From contig CAYQYP010000368.1 in the NCBI GenBank assembly GCA_964421755.1, positions 39,352-103,351 of the forward strand: 64,000 bases of DNA, written 5' to 3'. A program made the translations under genes and the position numbers. Below are positions 49,113 to 57,870 of this stretch, piece by piece (the first letter of the stretch is position 1; every line of letters starts with the position of its first letter). The notes under the pieces were generated by a model. That model had not been told where the DNA came from. It did not search any database and saw only the letters and a program-made list of their open reading frames with translations. Source of the DNA: an uncultured Acidobacteriota bacterium. Lineage in GTDB: Bacteria > Acidobacteriota > UBA6911 > RPQK01.

Positions 49113-50433
49113 GAAAATAATTAATAGACGTGATTTCGTCGGCGCGGCAGCAGTTGGCACAACAGGACTTCTTCAGCGGCAAAACCGGAGGCAACCGACT
49201 ACCCGACCTTCGGTCCCGACACGGGCGGTTCCCAAGAATCCAAACCGACGACTTCAGCTCGGCGTCATCGGGTGCGGATGGTACGGAATGGTGGATGCGA
49301 AGGCGGCACTGCAAGCTGGCGCAGCCGATGTGGTGGCCCTCTGCGACGTCGACGGCAGCCACTTGACCGCGGGCGTAGCCGAGGTCCAAAAAGCGCAGGG
49401 AAAGACGCCGAAGACTTTCAAGGACTTCCGCGAACTGATCAATCTCCCCGGTCTGGACGCGGTGATCATCGCGACCCCGCCTCACTGGCACGCCTTGCCG
49501 TTCATCGCCGCCTGCGAAAAGGGCGTGGACATTTACTGCGAGAAGCCCCTGGCCTACGACATCCGAGAGGGCCGGGCGATGGTCAACGCCGCAAGAAAGG
49601 CCAAAGTGATCGTCCAGGTGGGCTTCCAACGCCGCAACAGCCTGGCCATTCAGCAGGCCGGCGCATATGTTCGGGAAGGCCACCCGGGCCGGCTGGTCCA
49701 GATCGAAGCGCAGATTAACTACACGGCCCAGCCGCGGGACAACACCGCTCAGACGCCTCCACCTTCGCTCGACTGGGAATTCTGGTGCGGTCCGGCACCC
49801 AAGCTCGACTATTCGCCTAACGTCGCGCACGTCGCCTGGAGACTGGAGTCTGCCTACGGGAACGGGCACATGGTCGATTGGGGGATACACTGGATCGACG
49901 CGATCCGCCGGTATCTTGGAGCGAAGACCCCGCATACGATCCAAGCGATGGGTGGCATCTACCAGCTGAAGGGAAAGATCACCACGCCAGACATTCTTCA
50001 GGCGCAATTCGACTTTGACGAATGCCCGGTCATCTGGCGTCACCGGCTCTGGGGATCCACCGAATACGATCCGGAGATCAGCAACGGGATCTTCTTCTAC
50101 GGGGAAAAGGAGACAGTCTTTGCGACCGACGACCGCTGGGTGGTCGTTCCGCATGACAAGAAAAGCCCAAAGAAAACGATCCCAGCTGTGGGCGGCAAGC
50201 TGGACCTGATGCACATGGCCAACTTCCTCGAAAGCGTGCGGACGCGGCAGGCGCCAATCTGCGACGTTCTGGATGGGTTTTACTCAACCGCGACCGTTCA
50301 ACTGGGGATGATTGCGTATCGAACCGGTCGGCAGATCAAATGGGACGGTGAGAACGATCAGATCCTGAATGATCCCGAGGCTTCGAACCTGCTGATGAGG
50401 CCTTACCGGGCGCCTTGGAAGCACCCGGCTTAG
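49111..50433 (+). CDS. Tat-exported Gfo/Idh/MocA oxidoreductase
   Basis: NRRDFV signal; GVIGCGWYG, ATPPHWH, YCEKP, DWGIHWID. Confidence 0.9.
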   Translation: MKIINRRDFVGAAAVGTTGLLQRQNRRQPTTRPSVPTRAVPKNPNRRLQLGVIGCGWYGMVDAKAALQAGAADVVALCDVDGSHLTAGVAEVQKAQGKTPKTFKDFRELINLPGLDAVIIATPPHWHALPFIAACEKGVDIYCEKPLAYDIREGRAMVNAARKAKVIVQVGFQRRNSLAIQQAGAYVREGHPGRLVQIEAQINYTAQPRDNTAQTPPPSLDWEFWCGPAPKLDYSPNVAHVAWRLESAYGNGHMVDWGIHWIDAIRRYLGAKTPHTIQAMGGIYQLKGKITTPDILQAQFDFDECPVIWRHRLWGSTEYDPEISNGIFFYGEKETVFATDDRWVVVPHDKKSPKKTIPAVGGKLDLMHMANFLESVRTRQAPICDVLDGFYSTATVQLGMIAYRTGRQIKWDGENDQILNDPEASNLLMRPYRAPWKHPA

Positions 50434-50452
50434 GCTGTTGGGGAGTGCCGAA

Positions 50453-50556
50453 CCCCAAGGACGACAAGGACCTCAAGGACACCAACGACGAAAGCCAAGC
50501 TCCGGATTGGGTCTTCGTCCTTGGTGTCCCTGAGGTCCTTGAGGTCCTTGGGGTCC
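50453..50556. repeat. 9-mer CAAGGAC/GTCCTTG inverted tandem repeat
   Basis: Units at 50456, 50465, 50474, 50483; inverse units at 50517, 50526, 50535, 50544. Confidence 0.88.
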
Positions 50557-50565
50557 GGCTATCTG

Positions 50566-51705
50566 TTACCGTGAAGAGGCCCCGGCCCTTCTGATAATAA
50601 TATCGCCGTTGACTGTATCCAGCCGGATGATCTCGCCACCGCCGTTCAGGTCAAAAACCGCCCGGATTTCCTCCGCCTGCTCATCCCGGACGTGCTCGGT
50701 TGCCTTGAAGTCCGAACGGACATCGTACCTGCTGCCTTCCGCCCTCCATCGGCCCTGGATTTTGATGGTCGCTTCAATCCGGGCCCTGGCGCCTTCAGGG
50801 ATGTTCAGCGTAATGCTGCCGCCGGAAGTGCTCAGCGTACTCGGGCCCTTGCCGGAGGGATTCAGTTCGGCAATCACGTCACCGCCCGCTGTTGAACCAT
50901 CCAGGGTCCCGGAAATTCCACGGAGCCGAAGGTCTCCCCCGGCCGTTCGCGCCTTGACATGACCGGTTGCGGACTGGCACTCGACATCGCCGCCGGCGGT
51001 CGTCAGGGTCGCCGACCCGCTCACCTGGCCTACTCGCACATCGCCACCGGCCGTGGTCAGGCTCGCCTCTCCGCCAACATCGCCGACCCGGACGTCCCCA
51101 CCTGCGGTGGTTGCCTTCAGCGATCGGCCGACATCGCCGACAACGACGTCGCCACCGGAGGTGCCGACAATCACGTCCCCGTCAGCACTGGTGAGGCGGA
51201 TATCGCCGCCCGCTGTTTTCAGTTCAACGTCTCCTTGGACGGCGCCTGCCGTCACATCTCCGCCCGAAGTCTTCAGGCTGACTTTGCCGTTCAGATCGCC
51301 GACCGTGATGTCGCCGCCCGCTGTCGAACCTGTGACTGTCCCCGTCAGGGTTCCCACGATCCGGATATCGCCACCGGCCGTTTTCAGCTGGACGTCAAAG
51401 CGCGACGGTATATTGATTTCGAAGTGAACGTCCCCACTGGACTCCTCGGGCCGGAAGTCGACATGAACGACATTCCCCGACTGGGTCATCGACAGACGCG
51501 CCACCTCTTCTTCATCGATACCGAACACCTCAACCGACACCTGGTTTTGTCCCCACGTGTTCAGGGTTACGTCACCGACCGAAGTGTTCAGCACGAGAGA
51601 TCCGCCGGCGCCGACCTCGAACGTCTTGGAGCGATCCGCCGCCAGCACCGGCGAAATGAAAATCAACATCAGCACGACACTTGAACACCAGGCTCTCTTG
51701 CTCAT
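50566..51705 (-). CDS. DUF4097 beta-strand-repeat secreted protein
   Basis: Signal peptide and many (T/S)AGGD(V/I) repeats. Confidence 0.85.
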   Translation of the reverse strand: MSKRAWCSSVVLMLIFISPVLAADRSKTFEVGAGGSLVLNTSVGDVTLNTWGQNQVSVEVFGIDEEEVARLSMTQSGNVVHVDFRPEESSGDVHFEINIPSRFDVQLKTAGGDIRIVGTLTGTVTGSTAGGDITVGDLNGKVSLKTSGGDVTAGAVQGDVELKTAGGDIRLTSADGDVIVGTSGGDVVVGDVGRSLKATTAGGDVRVGDVGGEASLTTAGGDVRVGQVSGSATLTTAGGDVECQSATGHVKARTAGGDLRLRGISGTLDGSTAGGDVIAELNPSGKGPSTLSTSGGSITLNIPEGARARIEATIKIQGRWRAEGSRYDVRSDFKATEHVRDEQAEEIRAVFDLNGGGEIIRLDTVNGDIIIRRAGASSR

Positions 51706-52631
51706 TTTTCTTTGGCCTCCTCGACCACGGCCCTCGACCGCACCCGGATGTACTCGTTCGCATCCGTCTGCATACTTTCTTCCAAAACCCTCAGTACCTT
51801 GGGATCGCGAGAATTCTGAGTCTTGATTGCATCTATCGCAGCGATTCGCAAAGCCGGATTGGGATCCGACGTCAGTACATAGAGCAACGAATCGCGTACC
51901 TCAACATCGAATGGAAAATTCAACAGGGCTGCAAGGGCTTGCTTTCTGACGCCGTCATTCTCATCAAGCTTCACGGCCGTGATCAGCGCGTTTTTGACTT
52001 CCGGATCCGGCTGCTTCATCTGATCGGTGTTCAATACTCCAACCGCTCGCAGGCGGGTCCCCGGGTTTTGTCCGTTGACCAGCGCCCTGCTCAGAATTTG
52101 TTGGATTCGCTCGTCGTTCACGTCGCCCTTGAGGCGGACCGGCATCGTCGCCTCGTAACTGAACTCCACCTGCCCATCGCTCGGATCAGCGTCCAGAAAG
52201 CGGACATTGCTGATGGCAGCGTCTTCGATCGAAGCCCACTTGTTCGGCACGCTGGGGGTGATCAGCGTCCCCGGGGGGCCGTCCTGACGACCCCTGAACA
52301 CCAGGTACCCGATCCCCAGGCCCAACAGGATGCACAAAGCACCTGCAAGCGCGCCTTGCCACGCGGGAAGCCAGGACCAAAGCCACGAAGCACTCTTGCG
52401 CTCGCTCATCGACAGCATCCGGATCCGGAGCTCGCGTCGAGCCGATTCGAGCACCTGGTCCGGGATTTCGGACCGTCGACCGAGCATCTCCTGCACGTGG
52501 TTCAGCTCTTCCAACTGGCTCGTGCACTCGGGGCAGGCCTTCAGATGCTGCTGGAGCAGGTACTTTTGGTCTTCGTCGAGTTCACCGTATCCCAGCAGCG
52601 GGATCCATTCTTTGAACTGACTGTGTTTCAT
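51702..52631 (-). CDS. zf-HC2 anti-sigma factor with a TM helix and periplasmic HEAT repeats
   Basis: YGEL...HLKACPEC; TM helix; NPGTRLRAV, NDGVRKQAL, NPALRIAAI, NEYIR repeats. Confidence 0.85.
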   Translation of the reverse strand: MKHSQFKEWIPLLGYGELDEDQKYLLQQHLKACPECTSQLEELNHVQEMLGRRSEIPDQVLESARRELRIRMLSMSERKSASWLWSWLPAWQGALAGALCILLGLGIGYLVFRGRQDGPPGTLITPSVPNKWASIEDAAISNVRFLDADPSDGQVEFSYEATMPVRLKGDVNDERIQQILSRALVNGQNPGTRLRAVGVLNTDQMKQPDPEVKNALITAVKLDENDGVRKQALAALLNFPFDVEVRDSLLYVLTSDPNPALRIAAIDAIKTQNSRDPKVLRVLEESMQTDANEYIRVRSRAVVEEAKEK

Positions 52632-52651
52632 ATGGCTCTCCTGCGACTCCG

Positions 52652-53248
52652 CTATGTCAGGACCGGCTTCAGGCTGTCCCGCAAACGCTCCGTTGCGGTA
52701 AAGAGGTACTTTTTGACCGTCCCCTCGGCACAGTTCATCATCGCTGCGATTTCTCTGAGTTTGTATCCCTCGTAATGGCGGAGGGTAAAGACCAGACGTT
52801 GTTGCGGTGAAAGTGTTTTCATGGCCATCGCAACGTGCCGCGCCACCTCACCGTCGTACGCTTTCTGGTCGGAAGACCGTTCGTCCGACGCTTGTTTTTC
52901 GAGCAGGCTCTGGCTCTCCTCGTCCTCGACGAAATCCAAGGAGTCAGCCTCCCGGTTCTTCCGTCGGCGTTGCTGTGTCAGGCAGACGTTCACCACGATC
53001 CGGTACAACCACGTGGAGAACCGGGCATCGAACCGGAACTTCGGCAGCGCCTTGAAAACTCTGAGGAAGACTTCCTGGTAAACATCCTTGGCATCGTCCA
53101 GGTTGTTGCCCGTATAGCTGGCCGCAATGGCCAGGACTTTCCGGTCGTACCGATACACCAGGTCCTCAAACGCGCGCCTGTCGCCCCGTTGTGCCAAGAG
53201 TATCAGCTCCCTTTCTTCCTCGAGCGTCCCTGAGTGATCGCTTAACAC
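52652..53248 (-). CDS. ECF RNA polymerase sigma factor
   Basis: GDRRAF..LV.RY, DAKDVYQEVF, FSTWLYRI, LSPQQRLVF.LRHYEG..LREIA, GTVK. Confidence 0.93.
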   Translation of the reverse strand: MLSDHSGTLEEERELILLAQRGDRRAFEDLVYRYDRKVLAIAASYTGNNLDDAKDVYQEVFLRVFKALPKFRFDARFSTWLYRIVVNVCLTQQRRRKNREADSLDFVEDEESQSLLEKQASDERSSDQKAYDGEVARHVAMAMKTLSPQQRLVFTLRHYEGYKLREIAAMMNCAEGTVKKYLFTATERLRDSLKPVLT

Positions 53249-53289
53249 GGTCGTTAGACTCCGTAAGGGTTGAAAAAGTTGTGGGCCTG

Positions 53290-53368
53290 GTTGGTCCCGC
53301 TTCCAACTGGGACATTCTATCCAAAGCACTGCAAGAGGACAGCTGTCCGACTTGGAAGTCGGACCTCG
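53290..53368. repeat. Inverted REP doublet (GTCCGAC family)
   Basis: GTTG-GTCCCGCTTCCAACTGGGAC at 53290-53313 and GTCCGACTTGGAAGTCGGAC-CTCG at 53345-53368. Confidence 0.8.
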
Positions 53369-53380
53369 TGAAGCAAAGTA

Positions 53381-54379
53381 CTAGGCGATTCGCGGGCGGA
53401 AGACCTGGCAGGATAGCTCGGCAAAAGCCTCGCGGAGTTTCGCGAACACTTCATCGCTCTCGCAAATCCCGACGATCGAACCGCCCGAACCTGCGTACTT
53501 GGCCGATACCCCGAAACTGCGGGCAAGACAAACCATCTCGACATTGCGCGGATCCAACTTGCAGATGGAGGCGCGCGTGTCGAAATTCAGGTTCATGAGC
53601 TTGTGGAGCGTCTTGTAATCCCTGCGAAGCAGGGCGTCGCGACCTTGAGCTGCCAGGTCGGCAAACGTCTTCATAGCGTTGATCACGGCCGGCTCACCCT
53701 GTTCCCAGCGAGTTCTCAGATTACTGTGGAAGATGCCCGAAATCTGGCTGAGGTCCGTCCGGCAGGCGATGTAAAGCGGCGGCAGAAGCGCCGGATCGAG
53801 CGGCTCGTACGTCCCGTACCCCCTGGTCTCCAGCAATTCCCGGTCAAAATCCATGTAAACCAGCCCCTCGTAGACTTGGCAAACCCGGTCCTGGAGACCC
53901 GCGTCGATGCCGATCTCGCTCTTTTCGACTTCGAGGATAAGGTTCGGAAGCATCTCCCTTGGAATCGAAACCGAATAGAATTCAGTAAGGGCCCGAAAAA
54001 CCGCGGTGATTATGGCGCTTGATCCCGACAACCCGACCTGACGCGGGATGTCGCTGTCGTACCGAAGCGCGAAATTCTCGCCCGAGAGGTTGATCTTCTG
54101 ACTCTGACAGTACTCGACGAACCGCTTGATTGACGCCTTGATCAGGCGCAGGCCGCCATAAAGGCCGTTGAGTTTTACATCCTCGACCAGATCTTCCAGG
54201 CGGTCGAATTGGCAGCGATCCTGCCGGCTGAGAATGATCTCGATCTCCGGCCACTCGTAGACGACCACTTCGGCGCAGAAGTTCTTGACGATCACCGAGA
54301 TCGTCTTCCCGAAATAACCGTCGGAAGGATTCCCGAGCAGCCCCGCCCGAGCGTACGCCTTAGCTTTAACGATCTTCAC
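53381..54379 (-). CDS. GHMP kinase, glucuronokinase-like
   Basis: ARAGLLGNPSDGYFGKTIS, YDSDIPRQVGLSGSSA, AGLQDRV.QVY, MDF, MNLNFD.R, AKYAGSGG: the motif set of plant glucuronokinases as recalled. Confidence 0.8.
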   Translation of the reverse strand: MKIVKAKAYARAGLLGNPSDGYFGKTISVIVKNFCAEVVVYEWPEIEIILSRQDRCQFDRLEDLVEDVKLNGLYGGLRLIKASIKRFVEYCQSQKINLSGENFALRYDSDIPRQVGLSGSSAIITAVFRALTEFYSVSIPREMLPNLILEVEKSEIGIDAGLQDRVCQVYEGLVYMDFDRELLETRGYGTYEPLDPALLPPLYIACRTDLSQISGIFHSNLRTRWEQGEPAVINAMKTFADLAAQGRDALLRRDYKTLHKLMNLNFDTRASICKLDPRNVEMVCLARSFGVSAKYAGSGGSIVGICESDEVFAKLREAFAELSCQVFRPRIA

Positions 54380-55256
54380 GGCACAACTCCTGAAGCCGCT
54401 GCCTTAGTTTCGGCCCGAGTTGAGGATCGTCAAGGGCGAACTCGAGAAATGCCTCGAAATAGCTTTCGAAATTGCCTATGTCGTAGCGCTCTTCGCCGGG
54501 AGGGAGACGGACACCCAGGATTTTCTCCCCCTGCTTGAGAAGCAAGCGGATGGCATCGGTGAGCTGAATCTCGCCATTTTTCCCCGGTAGTGTTTGCGCG
54601 ATCGCCTCGTAAATTGCCGGTGAGAATACGTAACGAGCGGCTATCGCAAGCCGACTGGGGGCTTCTTCGGGCGACGGCTTTTCAACGAGATCTTCGATTT
54701 CGAAGGTACTTCCGTTCCCCACCGCCTTAACGATGCCGTACTGACCGACAGCCGCCGCAGGCACTTCTTCCACCGCGATCACGCAGGCAGCCTGGCAGCT
54801 GACGAAGTCCCGGATCATCTGTCTTACGACCTGCGACGAGGCATTGCGACCCAGGATGCTGTCGCCCAGGGCTACCACGAACGGGCGGTCCTGGGTGAAA
54901 TGCCGCGCGCACAAGACTGCGTCACCCAGTCCTTTTTGTCGTCGTTGGCGGGAGTAGAAGAACTCCATCCGCATCCGTTCGTATTCCAGTTCCGGAAGCA
55001 GATCTTCTTTCCCCCCTTCCCGCAATCGGCGGGTCAGCTCATAGTCGAAATCGAAGTGATCTTCGATTGAGCTCTTGTTCCGACCCGTAACGAACAGGAT
55101 CTGTTTGATCCCGTTGCCCTCGAGCTCCTCGACCACATACTGCACAACCGGTTTCTTTCCAACCGGAAGCATTTCCTTCGGTTGGGACTTGGTGGCGGGC
55201 AGCAGACGAGTTCCCAGTCCGGCGACCGGTATTACCGCAATCTGAATGTCATCCAT
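54366..55256 (-). CDS. galU: GalU-family UTP:sugar-1-phosphate uridylyltransferase
   Basis: AVIPVAGLGTRLLPATKSQPKEMLPV, IEDHFD, KGLG.AV, LVEKP, EIQLTDA. Confidence 0.85.
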   Translation of the reverse strand: MDDIQIAVIPVAGLGTRLLPATKSQPKEMLPVGKKPVVQYVVEELEGNGIKQILFVTGRNKSSIEDHFDFDYELTRRLREGGKEDLLPELEYERMRMEFFYSRQRRQKGLGDAVLCARHFTQDRPFVVALGDSILGRNASSQVVRQMIRDFVSCQAACVIAVEEVPAAAVGQYGIVKAVGNGSTFEIEDLVEKPSPEEAPSRLAIAARYVFSPAIYEAIAQTLPGKNGEIQLTDAIRLLLKQGEKILGVRLPPGEERYDIGNFESYFEAFLEFALDDPQLGPKLRQRLQELCREDR

Positions 55257-55259
55257 TGA

Positions 55260-56690
55260 TTACTTCCCCGTTGGCTGCCCTGTTTCGGCCATCTCGAGCG
55301 CTTTGGTCGTCGTGTAGTATTTAGCGATCATGTTGGGGACTTCCCAATCCGGCAAACGTCCGCGCACCAGGTAGCCCAGGTACTTCTCCGCGACCTGCCC
55401 GAAGTGAGCCTCATGGCCCACCCGGTATTTGTCGGGTATACGAACGTGGTAGAGCTTTCCGACTTGCCGAACCTCGAGACCGGGATACGCGGAGTTCAGG
55501 CCGTCGACCGCCTTGTTCAAAGCGTCGAACACCGCTATCGCATCCATTTCCGGGGTCGGCTCAACGTAGAGCTCAGGCCTGTAGTTCTCCTCTTTGCCCT
55601 GTTGAATAATGATGTTGGACCTGGTGCCTCGCATGATCGAATAGTGTGTATCGCCTGCGCCTTGAGGAGCTTCGAAATTCCAGATCACTGATACTTTGGC
55701 ATGAAGACCGCGGAGCCTGTAGATCATCTCCCCGTTCGAGTAATAGGGGAGATTCCCGTCGCTGTCCAGCTGCGATTTCAGGTAATCGGGGAACTCCGTG
55801 GCAATGGTGACCTTGGCCAACTGCTCCTTTGTCACGATGGTGGGCCATCGGCGAGCCTTGATCATCTGTATTTCTGTCTTGTAGTTGACCTTGTAGCCCG
55901 GGAAGGCACCCCACATGACGAGGTCGACGAGGTGGGTGGCAACATCCACCAACCCCTCGCCCTGCTGCTTGACATCGAGGTACCAGAGCGGTCTCTTCAG
56001 AGGCTGACCGGCCACGTATTTGAACAGATGGTGGACGCTCTCCTTGGTGATGGTCGGTTCCTCTGGCGAGCCTATCCGATAGTTCCCGAACACCTGCCAG
56101 TTATGAGACAGCTCCTTCTGGAGGATACTGGTGATCTCATAACGTTCGGTCATAATGTCGTAGAGCTGGACGTTGTTTTTCCGGGCCGACTCGAACGCCA
56201 CTCGCAGGACTTCCCAGCCCTTCTGGTCGATGCACATCGGTTTGTCGGCGAGGACGTTTATCCCGGCATCCACGCATCTCTTGATGTACTCGGTCTTCCG
56301 CTGATTGTTGCCGGCGAGGATGACCACATTACCGGGCCGTTCCGACATCATCTTGTCGAAGAAATCAGGACCCCGGTAGATCTTTTGCTCCCAGCGCGTC
56401 GGGTTTTCGGCGCGAGTATTGAAGCCCTGCACCCGCTTCAGGTGTTCTTCAAGGTCCCACCCGTCCGGAGCATAGACGTGAACGAGGGGGGCAACCTGCG
56501 GATACATCGTTTTCTGGACGAGGGCCGCATGGAAGTGACCAGGGTCTACCACCATGAGTTTGACCTCTCCGGGAGCTCCGCTGAACTTGCCTTTTGTCTG
56601 CATAGCGACGGTAAACAAGGCCCCGATGCAAAGAAGTAACACCAGCGGCCTGAGTTTCGATGATGGTGATTGGGGATTTTTGTGTTTCAT
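55260..56690 (-). CDS. Secreted Gfo/Idh/MocA-like oxidoreductase with a putative oxidoreductase C-terminal domain (BT2159-like)
   Basis: DPGHFHAALVQK, GNNQRKTEYI, VLADKPM, YDIMTER, GEGLVDV.THLVDL. Confidence 0.75.
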   Translation of the reverse strand: MKHKNPQSPSSKLRPLVLLLCIGALFTVAMQTKGKFSGAPGEVKLMVVDPGHFHAALVQKTMYPQVAPLVHVYAPDGWDLEEHLKRVQGFNTRAENPTRWEQKIYRGPDFFDKMMSERPGNVVILAGNNQRKTEYIKRCVDAGINVLADKPMCIDQKGWEVLRVAFESARKNNVQLYDIMTERYEITSILQKELSHNWQVFGNYRIGSPEEPTITKESVHHLFKYVAGQPLKRPLWYLDVKQQGEGLVDVATHLVDLVMWGAFPGYKVNYKTEIQMIKARRWPTIVTKEQLAKVTIATEFPDYLKSQLDSDGNLPYYSNGEMIYRLRGLHAKVSVIWNFEAPQGAGDTHYSIMRGTRSNIIIQQGKEENYRPELYVEPTPEMDAIAVFDALNKAVDGLNSAYPGLEVRQVGKLYHVRIPDKYRVGHEAHFGQVAEKYLGYLVRGRLPDWEVPNMIAKYYTTTKALEMAETGQPTGK

Positions 56691-56766
56691 GTCTTCTTAT
56701 TGATTCGCCATTCGCCGATTCGGCCAACCGGGTGGAAGCCACCCGGGACTCGAGCCGATTGCCGGC

Positions 56767-57606
56767 TCAGAGACCCAGCGCCTTCATTGTCCCGCGCAGG
56801 TATCCGATGGATTCGGCTGCCCCCGCCAGCGGATCGTCCTCGTCCTTCTCGTATTCGAGAGCCAGAACTCCGGTGTACTTGATTTTCTTCAGAGTCCTCA
56901 GAAAACCCGGGATGTCTATAACACCGCGCCCGACCTCGACCGTACTTCCTTTGGCCGTGGCCTCGGATACGTCCTTGATATGGACGTCAAACAGTCGATC
57001 CGCTGCCTTCCTGGCCGCCTGTGCTGGATCGATGCCGCTCCTCTGGGTGTGCCCGACATCGATGCACAGCCCCAGTTTCGGATCGCGTTTGTCGATTTTT
57101 TCCAACACGCTCTCCGGCGTAGGGTACAGCTTATCTCCGGGTCCGTGGTTGTGAATGGCCAAGCGGATATCATACTCCTTCACTTTGGCCTCCACGAGAT
57201 CCAGCAACTCGTGGTTCGGAACGCCGATAATGAGCTTCATGCCGGCAGCCCGCGCATAATCAAAGCCCTGGCGAACCTCCGCTTCCGACTTCATGTAAAC
57301 CACACCGCATCCATACAGGTCTAGCCCCTGCTCGCGTACCTGGGCTGCGATTGTCTTGATCTCTTCAAGCCCGGTTTCCAGCGGCAGGTGCATGCTCTTG
57401 AATGCGACCCTGGTCAAACCCAGACGCTTGGTCATCGCGAGGGCTTGCTCCCGCGGGAACTTCCGGAAAGTGTACGACGCCATCCCAAGCGGCAAATCGC
57501 CCGCGGCACTTTGCGTCCGGCCCTGAGCGTGAACAAGGGCCGGCGCAAGAACCGCCCCGCCTGCCGCGACAAGGAAATTTCTCCGGTTTGGAGTGACTCC
57601 TGCCAT
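56767..57606 (-). CDS. Tat-exported xylose-isomerase-like TIM-barrel protein (BT2156-like)
   Basis: NRRNFL signal; ASYTFR, AIHNHGP.D..YP, DVGHT, HIKDV, EVGRG.IDI, LEYEKD. Confidence 0.8.
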   Translation of the reverse strand: MAGVTPNRRNFLVAAGGAVLAPALVHAQGRTQSAAGDLPLGMASYTFRKFPREQALAMTKRLGLTRVAFKSMHLPLETGLEEIKTIAAQVREQGLDLYGCGVVYMKSEAEVRQGFDYARAAGMKLIIGVPNHELLDLVEAKVKEYDIRLAIHNHGPGDKLYPTPESVLEKIDKRDPKLGLCIDVGHTQRSGIDPAQAARKAADRLFDVHIKDVSEATAKGSTVEVGRGVIDIPGFLRTLKKIKYTGVLALEYEKDEDDPLAGAAESIGYLRGTMKALGL

Positions 57607-57687
57607 AGCGACCTCCTGATCGAAAAATGCGTCTAACTCGGTTTCACTATTGCACATCGTGGTCCCCATTGTGAATCACGAACTAGC

Positions 57688-57810
57688 CCGAATGCGGAAT
57701 GTGGATGCGGAATGCGGAATCAAGAAGTGAAAGCGTCGCTGTCGCCGCGCGGTGTGCTTGTTTGCCTTTCTATTCCGCATTCCGCACTCCGCATTCCGCA
57801 TTCCGCATTT
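57688..57810. repeat. GCGGAAT/ATTCCGC heptamer inverted tandem element
   Basis: Forward run at 57689-57720 and inverse run at 57771-57809, in the divergent intergenic region. Confidence 0.88.
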
Positions 57811-57870
57811 CTTGACGCCATCCGGGCGGTATAGCAGAATCAGGCGTTTGACAAGGAGCGCCACTCGCCC

